In this document: one piece after another, positions 48,767-58,459 of the stretch
Layout: each line of letters begins with the position of its first letter
Numbering within the stretch: position 1 is the stretch's first letter
Source of the DNA: a bacterium
Lineage (GTDB): Bacteria; UBA8248
Reading direction: 5' to 3'
Assembly (NCBI GenBank): GCA_965204535.1
Contig: CBDBEV010000001.1
Location: 832,001 to 896,000 of the forward strand
Length of the DNA stretch: 64,000 nucleotides
Notes under the pieces: generated by a model
What the model was told of the DNA's origin: nothing
The model's input: only the letters and a program-made list of their open reading frames with translations
Databases searched by the model: none
Made by a program: the position numbers and the translations under genes

Positions 48767-49675
48767 GTGAAAGCCTTATTCGGGTGTTTTCTATGGCTAT
48801 GCCTCATCTTAGTTGTTCTGGCAGTAATCGGATCTGTCGTGTCGGATGATGCGCCCGAAGATGAAAAAGTCGTCGCCAAGCAGGTCGAGGATAAGCAGAC
48901 AGAAATCCCTCCCAAGCCCAAAAAGGAAGCTCCCCCCAGAGAGGCCCCGCCCGTGGCCTCGAAGAAACCGGAAAAGGTCGTCCATCCGGTAAAGTATGAG
49001 GTCATGGAGCAAAACCGGAGGCCATATCAGGGTCGGAATCGCATACTCATGAAGATACTGGCCCCAAAGGCCAAGGAAACCGACGTTATCATCAAGACGA
49101 TGATGGAGGCGGCTGTAAATACGCAGATGGCTACGAACGCCCATGTCGTTTCCGTCTCCCTTTATCATAAGAAAAAAGATTCGGGCATCGGCATCATAGA
49201 GTATTCGGTTGATGGATGCGGATGGACGAAGGGCGAGTGCGGGAAACCCTCTCCATGGACGAGCCTGACCGTATGGGAGCAGGGGAAAGGTGGAATGCTA
49301 ACTGCCGTGAAGAAAATCCCCGATTACTTGGCAGATGACTATAGCCCGCCATCCCCGGAGCAGCTACAGGCGGCGAACGAAAAGGCATGTGATGCCGACT
49401 TGCAATGCTGGATGGACAAATGGATTATCGAGGCTTCCTTGCACTGCAAGAGCGCGGTCGAGAGCCAGGCCCGCTATGCTCACCAATGGACGGACGGATG
49501 GCTGGATATGAAGTTTCCTCGGGCAAGATGGAAAGATCGCTCGAAAGGTATTCTGTCCTACTGGGGCGATAAGGTGCAGTTTCAAAACGGATTCGGCGCG
49601 TGGGTCAAAATGGCTTACTGGTGCGATTTCAACCCCTACACCAAAGAAGCTAAGGCCCGCGTTTTTCAGAGGTAG
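48767..49675 (+). CDS. Membrane-anchored hypothetical protein with Pro/Lys linker and Cys/Trp-rich C-terminal domain (cargo)
   Basis: N-terminal TM helix, low-complexity linker, CDADLQCW...GDKVQFQNGFGAW...CDFNP; GGGAGG RBS. Confidence 0.7.
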   Translation: MKALFGCFLWLCLILVVLAVIGSVVSDDAPEDEKVVAKQVEDKQTEIPPKPKKEAPPREAPPVASKKPEKVVHPVKYEVMEQNRRPYQGRNRILMKILAPKAKETDVIIKTMMEAAVNTQMATNAHVVSVSLYHKKKDSGIGIIEYSVDGCGWTKGECGKPSPWTSLTVWEQGKGGMLTAVKKIPDYLADDYSPPSPEQLQAANEKACDADLQCWMDKWIIEASLHCKSAVESQARYAHQWTDGWLDMKFPRARWKDRSKGILSYWGDKVQFQNGFGAWVKMAYWCDFNPYTKEAKARVFQR

Positions 49676-49753
49676 GGGCAAGCCTGCGGATTTCCCTTTA
49701 CATTTTCAATACGCCGCTCTAGGGTGTAGTGGAGCATTGCAAAAAGAGCGGCC

Positions 49754-49900
49754 ATGTAAAAGCGTAAAATTCTCAAGATAAAATCCACCAATTACTAGCC
49801 GAACAAAGCCGAACTCAAAGAGGAAATCCATATCCCCACGACCTTGGAAAATCTCGCTAAGGCCATCGTTCAGGATGTGAAAATCAAGCAAGAAAAATAA
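49754..49900 (+). pseudogene. Degenerate small ORF (two internal stops)
   Basis: M*KRKILKIKSTNY*PNKAELKEEIHIPTTLENLAKAIVQDVKIKQEK; resembles recalled small ORFs accompanying IS1595 transposases (unverified). Confidence 0.45.
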
Positions 49901-49917
49901 GGAAAGGGATTAAGCAC

Positions 49918-50121
49918 ATGCCCTTCTTCCGATTGGAAAAACATAAAGACGGAAACGGGTTTCATAAAATCCACGTTAACGGTTGCTCGTCATTACCCCC
50001 CGAGAATGAAACCGTTCTTTTGGCTGGAGATTCTTATAAAGAAGCAGAGAAAGATGCCCAAATGGGAGGATACTATTTCCCTGTTATTCGATGCGAGCGT
50101 TGCCTGTCTCAGAAGCAGTGA
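49918..50121 (+). CDS. Small putative metal-binding protein (cargo)
   Basis: HKIH...GC...CERC motif in a 67-aa ORF with purine-rich RBS. Confidence 0.6.
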   Translation: MPFFRLEKHKDGNGFHKIHVNGCSSLPPENETVLLAGDSYKEAEKDAQMGGYYFPVIRCERCLSQKQ

Positions 50122-50350
50122 TCGACATAACTTTACTAAAGCCGAATGTTACTAAGGTATATAAATCTCCTTTTTATGGATAGATAGCCTAGGACGCCAC
50201 CGGATTTTCGCATATGAAGCCGCGCCCTTGCGAGTACGTTTCATCGGCCCATATAATGCAATCCGTCCAAAAGAAAGTTCCGCCGCCTACCGATTCATTT
50301 CGAATCGGGGCATCGTCAATTTTTAGCTTCCAGAATGCAGGGGTGATGAA

Positions 50351-51322
50351 ATGGTAAAGTTCAATATGGCGCCTACCGCCAGACGAATCGTAGAGCAGGT
50401 TCTTGACGTGAAAGAGGGCGAGCTGGTGCTTCTCGTGACGGATTCGGATCGCCCCGCTTCGGTCACCGAAGCGCTGGCCCATGCCTTGAGCGGCGCGGGC
50501 GCGAAGCTCTCCGTCATGCACATGCCCCCTCACATGAACGGGGGGATCGACCCGCTGCCTCACGTGGGGGCGGCGATGGCGGCTTCCGACGTGGTGATAC
50601 TCCAGACCAGCTTCGCCACCATCCATACCGAGACGGCGAGGAACGCGCTCAGGGAGGGCGCGCGCGTTCTGGACATGTGGGGATGGCGCGAGGACATGAT
50701 GGTCGCAGGCGGCGCCCTGGCCGATTACGACGAGGTCGCCCGGGTCACCCGGACGATTTCCGACATTTACACCGAAGCCAAAACGGGCCGGTTCACGACG
50801 CCCGATGGATGCGACATGGAGTTTTCGCTGGAGGGCAGGACCTGTTTCCCGCTCATCGGCGTGGCGAGAAAATCCGGCGAATTCGCGGCGTGTCCCGATG
50901 GGGAAGCGGCCATGAGTCCCCTGGAGGGCACGTCGAACGGCGTGATGGTGAATCCCTTCTCCATCGAGCGGAAGGATCTGGGCTTCGTCACCGAGCCCAT
51001 GCGTCTCGAGATCAAGGACGGCAAGGTGGCTTCCATCACCGGGAGCGCCGCCGCGGACAGGTTCTGGAAACTGCTGGATGAAAATGGGGACTTGGCGAAG
51101 AACGTGGCGGAATTCGCCATCGGCACGAATCCGGCATGCCGCCCCCGGGAGACGATGCGGGAGGCGAAAAAGACGTGGGGCACGTGCCACATGGCGGTGG
51201 GCGACAGCGGCAGCATCGGGGGCGTGATCGAAGCCCCGCTCCACATCGACATGATCTTCGACAACCCCACCGTATGGGCGGATGAGCAGATGATCATCCA
51301 GGACGGAAAGATTCTGGTTTAG
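50351..51322 (+). CDS. M29 aminopeptidase-like / NicX-like protein
   Basis: PDGEAAMSP, AEFAIGTNP, EAKKTWGTCHMAVGD, LHIDMI. Confidence 0.8.
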   Translation: MVKFNMAPTARRIVEQVLDVKEGELVLLVTDSDRPASVTEALAHALSGAGAKLSVMHMPPHMNGGIDPLPHVGAAMAASDVVILQTSFATIHTETARNALREGARVLDMWGWREDMMVAGGALADYDEVARVTRTISDIYTEAKTGRFTTPDGCDMEFSLEGRTCFPLIGVARKSGEFAACPDGEAAMSPLEGTSNGVMVNPFSIERKDLGFVTEPMRLEIKDGKVASITGSAAADRFWKLLDENGDLAKNVAEFAIGTNPACRPRETMREAKKTWGTCHMAVGDSGSIGGVIEAPLHIDMIFDNPTVWADEQMIIQDGKILV

Positions 51323-51374
51323 TCCTCATATGTAATAAATCCGCCCCAGCCGCGCCCGATGATGAAGGACGAAG

Positions 51375-52247
51375 ATGTCAAAAGCCCTGCTCCTTGAAGG
51401 CAAACCTGTGGCGGAAAAGGTGATGGAGGAGCTCAAGGCCTCCATTGATGCGCTGCTTCCACAGATGGGCAGGCCTCCGGGGCTCGCCGTCGTTCTCGTG
51501 GGCGAGGACCCGGCCTCTCAGGTGTATGTCCGCATCAAGGGTCGTTCCGCCAAGAAACTCGGCATCCGGACTTTCGATCACCATTTGCCCGAGGATACGA
51601 GCCAGGATGATATCGTCTCGCTCATCGAAGCGTTGAACCGCGATGAAAAGGTGGACGGGATACTGGTGCAGTTGCCGCTTCCAGGACACTTGAACGAAGA
51701 AGAAGTGCTGCGCAGGGTATCCCCGCAAAAAGACGCCGACGTGTTTCACCCCGAAAACTTTGGAAAACTGGCGCTCAAGCAGGGTACGCTCAAGCCCTGC
51801 ACGCCCGCCGGCGTGATCGAGATTCTGAAGTTCTACGATATCGGCCTGGAGGGGAAGAAAACCGCCGTCATCGGGCGCAGCAAGATCGTGGGGCTTCCCC
51901 TGGCCATTCTGATGATGCAAGAGAATGCGACGATAACGGTGTGCCACTCCCGGACGCGCGATATCCCCGCCATCACGAGAGAAGCCGACATCGTCGTGGC
52001 CGCCATGGGGCGGCCGAAATTCCTGACGGCGGACATGGTTCGCGAGGGAGCGGTCGTGGTCGACGTCGGCATCAACCGGGTGGATGGGGAATTGGTCGGT
52101 GATTGTGATTTCGAACCTCTGCTCGAAAAGGTTTCCGCCATCACGCCGGTGCCGGGCGGGGTGGGGCCCATGACGGTCGCCATGCTGATGATGAACACGA
52201 CGCAAGCGTATTCTCTCAAATCGCAAGAAGCGAGGGCATCGAACTGA
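51375..52247 (+). CDS. folD: Bifunctional methylenetetrahydrofolate dehydrogenase/cyclohydrolase
   Basis: ASQVYV, GILVQLPLP, PCTPAG, GRSKIVGLP, TPVPGGVGPMT. Confidence 0.95.
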   Translation: MSKALLLEGKPVAEKVMEELKASIDALLPQMGRPPGLAVVLVGEDPASQVYVRIKGRSAKKLGIRTFDHHLPEDTSQDDIVSLIEALNRDEKVDGILVQLPLPGHLNEEEVLRRVSPQKDADVFHPENFGKLALKQGTLKPCTPAGVIEILKFYDIGLEGKKTAVIGRSKIVGLPLAILMMQENATITVCHSRTRDIPAITREADIVVAAMGRPKFLTADMVREGAVVVDVGINRVDGELVGDCDFEPLLEKVSAITPVPGGVGPMTVAMLMMNTTQAYSLKSQEARASN

Positions 52248-52260
52248 TAAGGGATTTCGG

Positions 52261-53661
52261 ATGAGCGTAGACCTTCTGGGTGACAATACGCCTCGCTCGG
52301 CCCCGGCGGTGCTCACCGTCTCACAGCTCAACGCGCGCGCGAGAGAATTGCTGGAAGATGAATTCGGCGAGGTTTTGGTCGAGGGTGAAATCTCCTCCTG
52401 GAGCACCTATCCATCCGGGCATTCCTATTTCGACCTGAAAGACGCTACGTCCAGGGTGAGCGCCGTGATGTTCTCGGGCCGCAGGCGTTTTCTGCGCTTT
52501 GAACCCGAAGCGGGCATGCGCGTGATGCTCCGGTGCCGGGTGACGCTTTATGAGAAAGACGGACGCTTCCAGGTGTCGGCGCTGTCCATGGAGCCCCTGG
52601 GAGAAGGCGCGCTGGAGGTCGCTTTTCACCAGTTGCACGAGCGGCTGGAAAAAGAAGGTTTGTTCGATCCTTCGCGGAAAAAGGAGATTCCCGACCGCCC
52701 CCGCCGCGTGGGGTTGGTGACGAGCCGGGAAGGCGCCGCCCTCCGGGATATGCTGCGGGTTTTCAAGGAGCGCGCCCCGATTGTCGAACTCGTGGTCCTC
52801 CACACCCGGGTGCAGGGCGAGGGTGCCGCATCGTCCATCGCTTCGGCGATTCGAAGGGTGGATAAGAATCTCGCGAGCATGGGGCGCCCCGTGGACCTCA
52901 TCATCACGGGCCGCGGCGGAGGGAGCCGGGAGGATTTGTGGGCGTTCAACGAAGAAGAGGTGGTTCGGGCAATCGCCGGATGCGCGACGCCTCTCATTTC
53001 GGCGGTGGGGCATGAGGTCGATACCTCGCTGAGCGATCTGGCCGCCGATGAATCGGCGCTTACGCCCACGGCGGCGGCGGAGCGTGTGGCCAGAGGCTGG
53101 ATTGATGCCGCCCGGGACATTACCGGCTTGATCCATGACGCGCGACGGGCAGCCGAGACTATCCTGGCCTCTCTGGATGACAAGTTGTCTCGTTTTCTCA
53201 GGGAACCTGTATTCAGAAGGCCCGAGGCTCCGCTCGAATCGTTGGCGCAGCGTCTGGATGCGCTCTATGAACGCATGATCAGAGAAGCCGGACACCAACA
53301 GCAGATGAAATGGACGCATTTGGCCGGAATGGTCCCGAGGCTGCGCGCCCTCTCGCCCAAAGAAAAAATTCTTGTATCCGTATCGAAACTTGACGATAAT
53401 CTGAAGCGCTTGCGTATGGCGAATGGATTGTTTCTGCAGAACAGGGCGGACGCGCTCGAGAACGCCGCCGGGCGCCTTGAGTTGGTATCGCCGCTGGCCG
53501 TTTTGGCGCGGGGGTATAGCCTGGCCTACAGGGAGCCCGCCGGCGCATTGGTGAAAAAGGCCGAAGATGTGAGGGTTGGTGAATCCGTGCGGCTTCGTTT
53601 ATCGCAAGGCGGCTTGATGTGCCGGGTAGAAGAAGTCTTTCCCGAGGGAGAGGGCCCATGA
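52261..53661 (+). CDS. xseA: Exodeoxyribonuclease VII large subunit
   Basis: SGHSYFDLKD, RGGGSREDLWAFN, SAVGHEVD, TPTAAAE, LARGYS. Confidence 0.95.
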   Translation: MSVDLLGDNTPRSAPAVLTVSQLNARARELLEDEFGEVLVEGEISSWSTYPSGHSYFDLKDATSRVSAVMFSGRRRFLRFEPEAGMRVMLRCRVTLYEKDGRFQVSALSMEPLGEGALEVAFHQLHERLEKEGLFDPSRKKEIPDRPRRVGLVTSREGAALRDMLRVFKERAPIVELVVLHTRVQGEGAASSIASAIRRVDKNLASMGRPVDLIITGRGGGSREDLWAFNEEEVVRAIAGCATPLISAVGHEVDTSLSDLAADESALTPTAAAERVARGWIDAARDITGLIHDARRAAETILASLDDKLSRFLREPVFRRPEAPLESLAQRLDALYERMIREAGHQQQMKWTHLAGMVPRLRALSPKEKILVSVSKLDDNLKRLRMANGLFLQNRADALENAAGRLELVSPLAVLARGYSLAYREPAGALVKKAEDVRVGESVRLRLSQGGLMCRVEEVFPEGEGP

Positions 53662-53927
53662 ATACGGTGGATGAATCCGCGAATCCCGATGCGGGACCAA
53701 AAAGTTTCGAGGCTGCGCTGGAGCGTCTGGAAGCCATCGTGGAAGAACTCGAAGAGGGCGAGCCTTCCCTGGAAAAGGCGGTTTTGCTGTATGAAGAGGG
53801 CGTGAAGCTCTTCCGCTACAGCCGGGAGCAGTTGAGCGCGGCGCAAAAGAAGGTGGAAGAACTCGCCGGGGAATCGGAGGAAACTCTATCGTTGCAGCCG
53901 TTCGAAGATGGTGACGATGATGAATGA
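53658..53927 (+). CDS. xseB: Exodeoxyribonuclease VII small subunit
   Basis: SFEAALERLEAIVEELE...YEEGVKL; synteny xseA-xseB-ispA-dxs. Confidence 0.93.
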   Translation: MNTVDESANPDAGPKSFEAALERLEAIVEELEEGEPSLEKAVLLYEEGVKLFRYSREQLSAAQKKVEELAGESEETLSLQPFEDGDDDE

Positions 53928-54834
53928 GGGCGAACTCCCCGTCGTCATCGACGCAGCGGCTTACCTGAGCGTCTGGGCGAAACGTGTGGAAGAAGAACTC
54001 GACCGCCTCGTGACGGAATCCTCGGAACCGCCCGAAATCTTCGAGATCATGCGCTACAGCCTTTTCGCCGGCGGAAAGCGCCTGCGCCCCGTGCTTTGTG
54101 TGGCCGGATGCGAAGCCGTAGGCGGAGACCCCGAATGTATCCTGCCTGCCGCATGCGCCCTCGAGTGCATTCATTCTTATTCCTTGATCCATGACGATTT
54201 GCCCGCCATGGACGACGACGACTTGAGACGCGGGATGCCGACGAGCCACAAGGTGTATGGGGAGGCGGCGGCGATTCTCGCCGGTGACGGGTTGCAGGCC
54301 CTGGCCTTCGAGTTGATGGCGAATGAACGAATGGGTGCGAAAGTTTCGCCGGAGCGTCATGTGAGAGCGATTCGCATGGTCGCCGATGCGGCGGGCGCGA
54401 CGGGTATGGTGGGAGGACAGCTTTTGGACATCCGAGCCAATGGCCGTGTGAGTGATATGGCGCATTTGGAGGAAATCCACAGAAGGAAGACGGGTGCGCT
54501 TTTGAGGGTTTCCGTTTGCCTGGGGGGCCTCCTCGGCGGCGGTGATGAAGCGCAATTGGCAGCGCTGCGTGTTTACGGCGAGAAGATCGGGCTGGCGTTT
54601 CAAATCGTGGACGACATTTTGGACGTGGAAGGCGATGAGGCCCTCATGGGAAAACCCATAGGCTCGGATGAGGGATTGAACAAGGCCACCTATCCCGCCT
54701 TGTATGGCATGGAAGAATCGAAAAAACTCGCGCGTTCCACTTGCGAGGAGGCCTTGGGAGCGCTCGAAATTTTCCCGAATAAAGCGCCTGAATTGGAATC
54801 TTTGGCGCATTTTATTATCTTGCGTCGGTTTTGA
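53920..54834 (+). CDS. ispA: Farnesyl diphosphate synthase
   Basis: GGKRLRP, HSYSLIHDDLPAMDDDDLRRG, FQIVDDILD. Confidence 0.93.
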   Translation: MNEGELPVVIDAAAYLSVWAKRVEEELDRLVTESSEPPEIFEIMRYSLFAGGKRLRPVLCVAGCEAVGGDPECILPAACALECIHSYSLIHDDLPAMDDDDLRRGMPTSHKVYGEAAAILAGDGLQALAFELMANERMGAKVSPERHVRAIRMVADAAGATGMVGGQLLDIRANGRVSDMAHLEEIHRRKTGALLRVSVCLGGLLGGGDEAQLAALRVYGEKIGLAFQIVDDILDVEGDEALMGKPIGSDEGLNKATYPALYGMEESKKLARSTCEEALGALEIFPNKAPELESLAHFIILRRF

Positions 54835-54949
54835 CGATTGATTATCATTTTGTAGTTAATCTTTGGGTGAGGGTGGAATGTCGGTTTCCGAGACATCCCC
54901 TTGATGAAATCAGATTCGATTTGCGATGAGTTCCCGTGGGGGAGGTGAT

Positions 54950-56884
54950 ATGGGCGAATTGCTTGAACGTATTGATAGCCCGGCGGATTTGAGACAACTA
55001 CCGGAAGAGGAGTTACCTCAAGTCGTGGATGAACTCCGCGACATGGTCATTCAGGTGACCTCTAATACGGGTGGGCATCTCGGCGCATCTTTGGGAGCCG
55101 CGGAACTCATTGTAGCGCTTCACTATCTCTATGATACGCCGAAGGACAAGTTGATCTGGGATGTCGGCCATCAGGCCTACACGCACAAGATCCTCACGGG
55201 ACGCCGGGACCGGTTCCATACGCTGAGGCAGTGGGAGGGGGTTGCCGGCTTCCCGGACAGGCGCGAGAGTGAATACGACCATCTGAATGTGGCGCATGGC
55301 GGCACGTCCATTTCCGCTGCCCTGGGAATGGCCACGGCGCGGGACCTCTCGGGCGAGGATTTTCAGGTCGTCGCCATCATCGGAGACGGCAGCCTGACCG
55401 CCGGCATGGCGATGGAAGGGCTCAACAACGCCGGCGATTCGAAGCGGAACCTCACCGTTATTCTCAATGACAATAAAATGGGAATTTCGCATAACGTAGG
55501 CGCCATGTGCTCGTATCTGGCGCGAATCATGACGGGTGAATGGTCGAACCGGGCCCGCAAGGTGCGTGCGGAAGTCCAGAAAATAATCAGCCACCTTCCC
55601 GTGGTGGGGAGTCATGCCGTCACGCTGATGGACAGGGTGGAGGAGTCTCTCAAGAATATCATCGTGCCGGGAATTTTGTTCGAGGAGTTGGGTTTCCGGT
55701 ACATCGGCCCGGTGGATGGGCACAGGCTCGATTTGCTGATTCCCACCCTCAGAAACGTGAAAAATCTGGATGGCCCCAACCTGGTGCACGTCGTCACCCG
55801 AAAAGGTTACGGGTATCCCTATAGCGAGGCGGAACCCATCACCTATCACGGCGTGACGAAATTCAATCCCGAATCCGGTGAATTCCACAAGAAAGCGCCC
55901 GGCCCTCCCGGCTACTCCAAAGTTTTTACCGATACCATGGTCAAACTCAGCCAAAAGGATGAAAAGATAGTGGCTATCTCGGCGGCCATGCTGGAAGGTA
56001 CGGCGCTCGTGAACTATCAAAAAGTGTTGCCGGAGCGCTGCTTTGACGTAGGGATGTGCGAACAGCATGCGGTGACTTTCGCCGCAGGCCTTGCGCTCGA
56101 GGGAATGAAGCCGGTCGCCGCGATTTACAGCACGTTTTTGCAGCGGGCTTATGATCAAATCATCCACGACGTCTGCCTCACGAACGTGCCCGTTACCTTT
56201 GCGCTGGATCGGGCCGGTCTCGTGGGCGATGACGGGCCCACCCACCAGGGAGCCTATGACCTGGCCTATCTCCGGTGTCTGCCGAACATGGCCATCATGT
56301 CGCCCAAAGACGAAAATGAACTTCAGAAAATGGTCTTGACCGCGATCGAACATCCCGGTCCGGCGGCAGTCCGCTTCGCGCGCGGCTCCGGCGAAGGGGT
56401 GCCGATGGACGAGGATATCGAGACGATTCCCATCGGGGAGGCGGAATCGCTTCGCGACGGCGAAGACGTCGCTCTCATCGCCCTGGGTCCCATGGTGGGC
56501 CTTTCCATGGAATCCGCCGGGCAATTGGCGGAACTCGGGATTGAGGCGTCGGTCTTGAATCTCCGCTTTGTGAAGCCGATGGATGAGGAGAAAGTCTTGG
56601 AACTCGCGAGGCGCTGCAAACGCGTCGTCACGATCGAGGAGGGAACGCGCATCGGTGGAATGGGCGCCGGCGTTCTGGAGCTTTTGGCGGCGCATGGCAT
56701 CCGGGACGTTTCCGCCACGGTCTTGGGCATTCCCGACCGGTTTATCGAGCACGGGGCGCCTCAACTCCAGCGCGACGACTGTGGACTTACGCCGGGCGAT
56801 ATCACCCAGGCGGCTCGCGATCTGATGGAAGGCAAGGCTGATTCTGCCGATCTGGCGGCGCATGGCAAAGAAACAGAGGCTTGA
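54950..56884 (+). CDS. dxs: 1-deoxy-D-xylulose-5-phosphate synthase
   Basis: GGHLG, WDVGHQAY, GDGSLTAG, YSTFLQRAYDQ, DRAGLVGDDGPTH. Confidence 0.96.
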   Translation: MGELLERIDSPADLRQLPEEELPQVVDELRDMVIQVTSNTGGHLGASLGAAELIVALHYLYDTPKDKLIWDVGHQAYTHKILTGRRDRFHTLRQWEGVAGFPDRRESEYDHLNVAHGGTSISAALGMATARDLSGEDFQVVAIIGDGSLTAGMAMEGLNNAGDSKRNLTVILNDNKMGISHNVGAMCSYLARIMTGEWSNRARKVRAEVQKIISHLPVVGSHAVTLMDRVEESLKNIIVPGILFEELGFRYIGPVDGHRLDLLIPTLRNVKNLDGPNLVHVVTRKGYGYPYSEAEPITYHGVTKFNPESGEFHKKAPGPPGYSKVFTDTMVKLSQKDEKIVAISAAMLEGTALVNYQKVLPERCFDVGMCEQHAVTFAAGLALEGMKPVAAIYSTFLQRAYDQIIHDVCLTNVPVTFALDRAGLVGDDGPTHQGAYDLAYLRCLPNMAIMSPKDENELQKMVLTAIEHPGPAAVRFARGSGEGVPMDEDIETIPIGEAESLRDGEDVALIALGPMVGLSMESAGQLAELGIEASVLNLRFVKPMDEEKVLELARRCKRVVTIEEGTRIGGMGAGVLELLAAHGIRDVSATVLGIPDRFIEHGAPQLQRDDCGLTPGDITQAARDLMEGKADSADLAAHGKETEA

Positions 56885-57674
56885 TAAGTTACTCGTCGAA
56901 CGTGCGCTGGCCCCGAGTCGGGAGCGTGCGCGCAGCCTGATTCTGGCAGGTCTTGTGAGTGTCGACGGCGAACCCGCCACGAAGGCGGGTTCTTCGTTTC
57001 CGGAAGACGCATCCATCACCCTCAAGGAAAACCCTTGTCCCTATGTCAGCCGGGGAGGCCTGAAGCTCGCAGGCGCGCTGGATTTTTTCGGGGTTGAGCC
57101 ACTGGATAAATACTGCATGGATGTCGGCGCGTCGACGGGTGGATTCACCGACGTGCTGCTCACCCGTGGCGCCCGCCGCGTTGCGGCGGTGGACGTGGGC
57201 AAGGGTTTGATTGACTGGAAGTTGCGGAATGACCCCAGGGTCACTCTTTTAGAAGGCGTGAACGCCAGGCATCTGACGCCGGAAATTTTTCAAACGCTGG
57301 CGGGCGAAGAACGGCCGGGTTTATGCGCCGTGGATGTTTCGTTCATCTCCGTCATGAAGGTGCTCGAACCGGTTCATGAGTTGCTCGACGATGATGGAGA
57401 GATGCTCGTTCTCATCAAACCACAGTTCGAAGTGGGGAGGGGACGTGTGGGAAAGGGCGGAATCGTTCGCGAGCCCGCGCTTCACCGTGAAGTGCTTCTC
57501 CGCGTCTGGGATGAAACGCTTCGGGCGGGATTGACTCCCCGGGGCATCGCATCGAGCGCGATTGCGGGCGCAAAGGGAAACCGGGAATTCTTTCTGCACC
57601 TGAAGCCCGGGGCGAATTCTCCGGAGCCGCACGATATGGTTGAGAACGTCCTGGCGAAGAATCTCGCAACTTAG
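56862..57674 (+). CDS. tlyA: TlyA family rRNA methyltransferase
   Basis: RLDKLL S4 domain, YVSRGGLKL, DVGASTGGFTD, LIKPQFE, GNREF. Confidence 0.94.
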   Translation: MAKKQRLDKLLVERALAPSRERARSLILAGLVSVDGEPATKAGSSFPEDASITLKENPCPYVSRGGLKLAGALDFFGVEPLDKYCMDVGASTGGFTDVLLTRGARRVAAVDVGKGLIDWKLRNDPRVTLLEGVNARHLTPEIFQTLAGEERPGLCAVDVSFISVMKVLEPVHELLDDDGEMLVLIKPQFEVGRGRVGKGGIVREPALHREVLLRVWDETLRAGLTPRGIASSAIAGAKGNREFFLHLKPGANSPEPHDMVENVLAKNLAT

Positions 57675-58459
57675 GAAATCTTTATTATCCCGGCATCCAG
57701 CTTGGGAACGACCCTCGTAATATCCTTCTGCGCGCAGAAGGATATGTCCTCGTCAAGTCCCAGGGACGATAAGTGTCTGCCCCACCAACTGTGAAAAAGC
57801 ATCTTTTCCAGGTTTTTTTCAGCACCAAGGGCAACATGCAGGGCTGCCCGGGCGGTGTCGGAGAATTCCAGTTTTTCCAGATGCCTGGACAAGATTTGCA
57901 GGAGCATGCCCGCCCCTACGGTATCTTCTTCACAATAAGCGCCTTCGCGGCCCGAGCAGGCGATCAGGAGGGATTGATTCGGGTTTTCATGAAGAATAGA
58001 CCCGATGCGTTCGGCCGCAGCGGTAATGTTCACGAAAGCGGCGGTGAAAATTTTTCCGCAACTTTTTACGGCTGCGAGTGTTTTGGTGCCGTTGCTCGTT
58101 GAGAGTATCAGGGTTTTCCCGCTGATTCTCCGGCGCGTGTATTCGAGCGGAGAGTTTCCCCCGTCGAATCCTTCAATCGGCTTGCCGTCCTGCTCTCCTC
58201 CCAGAATGATTTGTTCGGCGCCATGCACGTGTCTCAGCTTCCGGGCCAGTTCATGCGCCATCTCAGGAGACGCGCATGGATATATCGCGGAACATCCGTT
58301 CTCCAGGATGACGGCGATGTTCGTCGTGGCTCTCAGTATATCGATTACGACGCACACAACGTGTTGTGCATTATCAGCGTGTGCCCGATGCGCATCTTTG
58401 AGTCTCGTGGGGATTTCCGGGTGGGAAAAGGAGACGTCACACCAGATACTTTCGCTCAC
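57671..58459 (-). CDS. comB: 2-phosphosulfolactate phosphatase family
   Basis: VVIDILRATT, GGE, GNSPLE, STSNGT, EDTVGAG. Confidence 0.88.
   Translation of the reverse strand: MSESIWCDVSFSHPEIPTRLKDAHRAHADNAQHVVCVVIDILRATTNIAVILENGCSAIYPCASPEMAHELARKLRHVHGAEQIILGGEQDGKPIEGFDGGNSPLEYTRRRISGKTLILSTSNGTKTLAAVKSCGKIFTAAFVNITAAAERIGSILHENPNQSLLIACSGREGAYCEEDTVGAGMLLQILSRHLEKLEFSDTARAALHVALGAEKNLEKMLFHSWWGRHLSSLGLDEDISFCAQKDITRVVPKLDAGIIKIS

Larger units (their letters stand above)
46715..50169. mobile_element. Non-autonomous IS1595-family-like (ISNwi1-type ends) cargo element
   Basis: Left end GGGAATTATATACCTAAGTAACAT vs right end (rc) GAGATTTATATACCTTAGTAACAT (21/24); identical 8-bp flanks CTTTTTAT at 46707-46714 and 50170-50177; lower GC; no intact transposase. 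Confidence 0.85.

Noticed and set aside
46715-50169. Prophage remnant or integron cassette array
   Set aside because: No phage structural or integrase genes and no attC pattern; terminal IRs plus an 8-bp duplication indicate transposition
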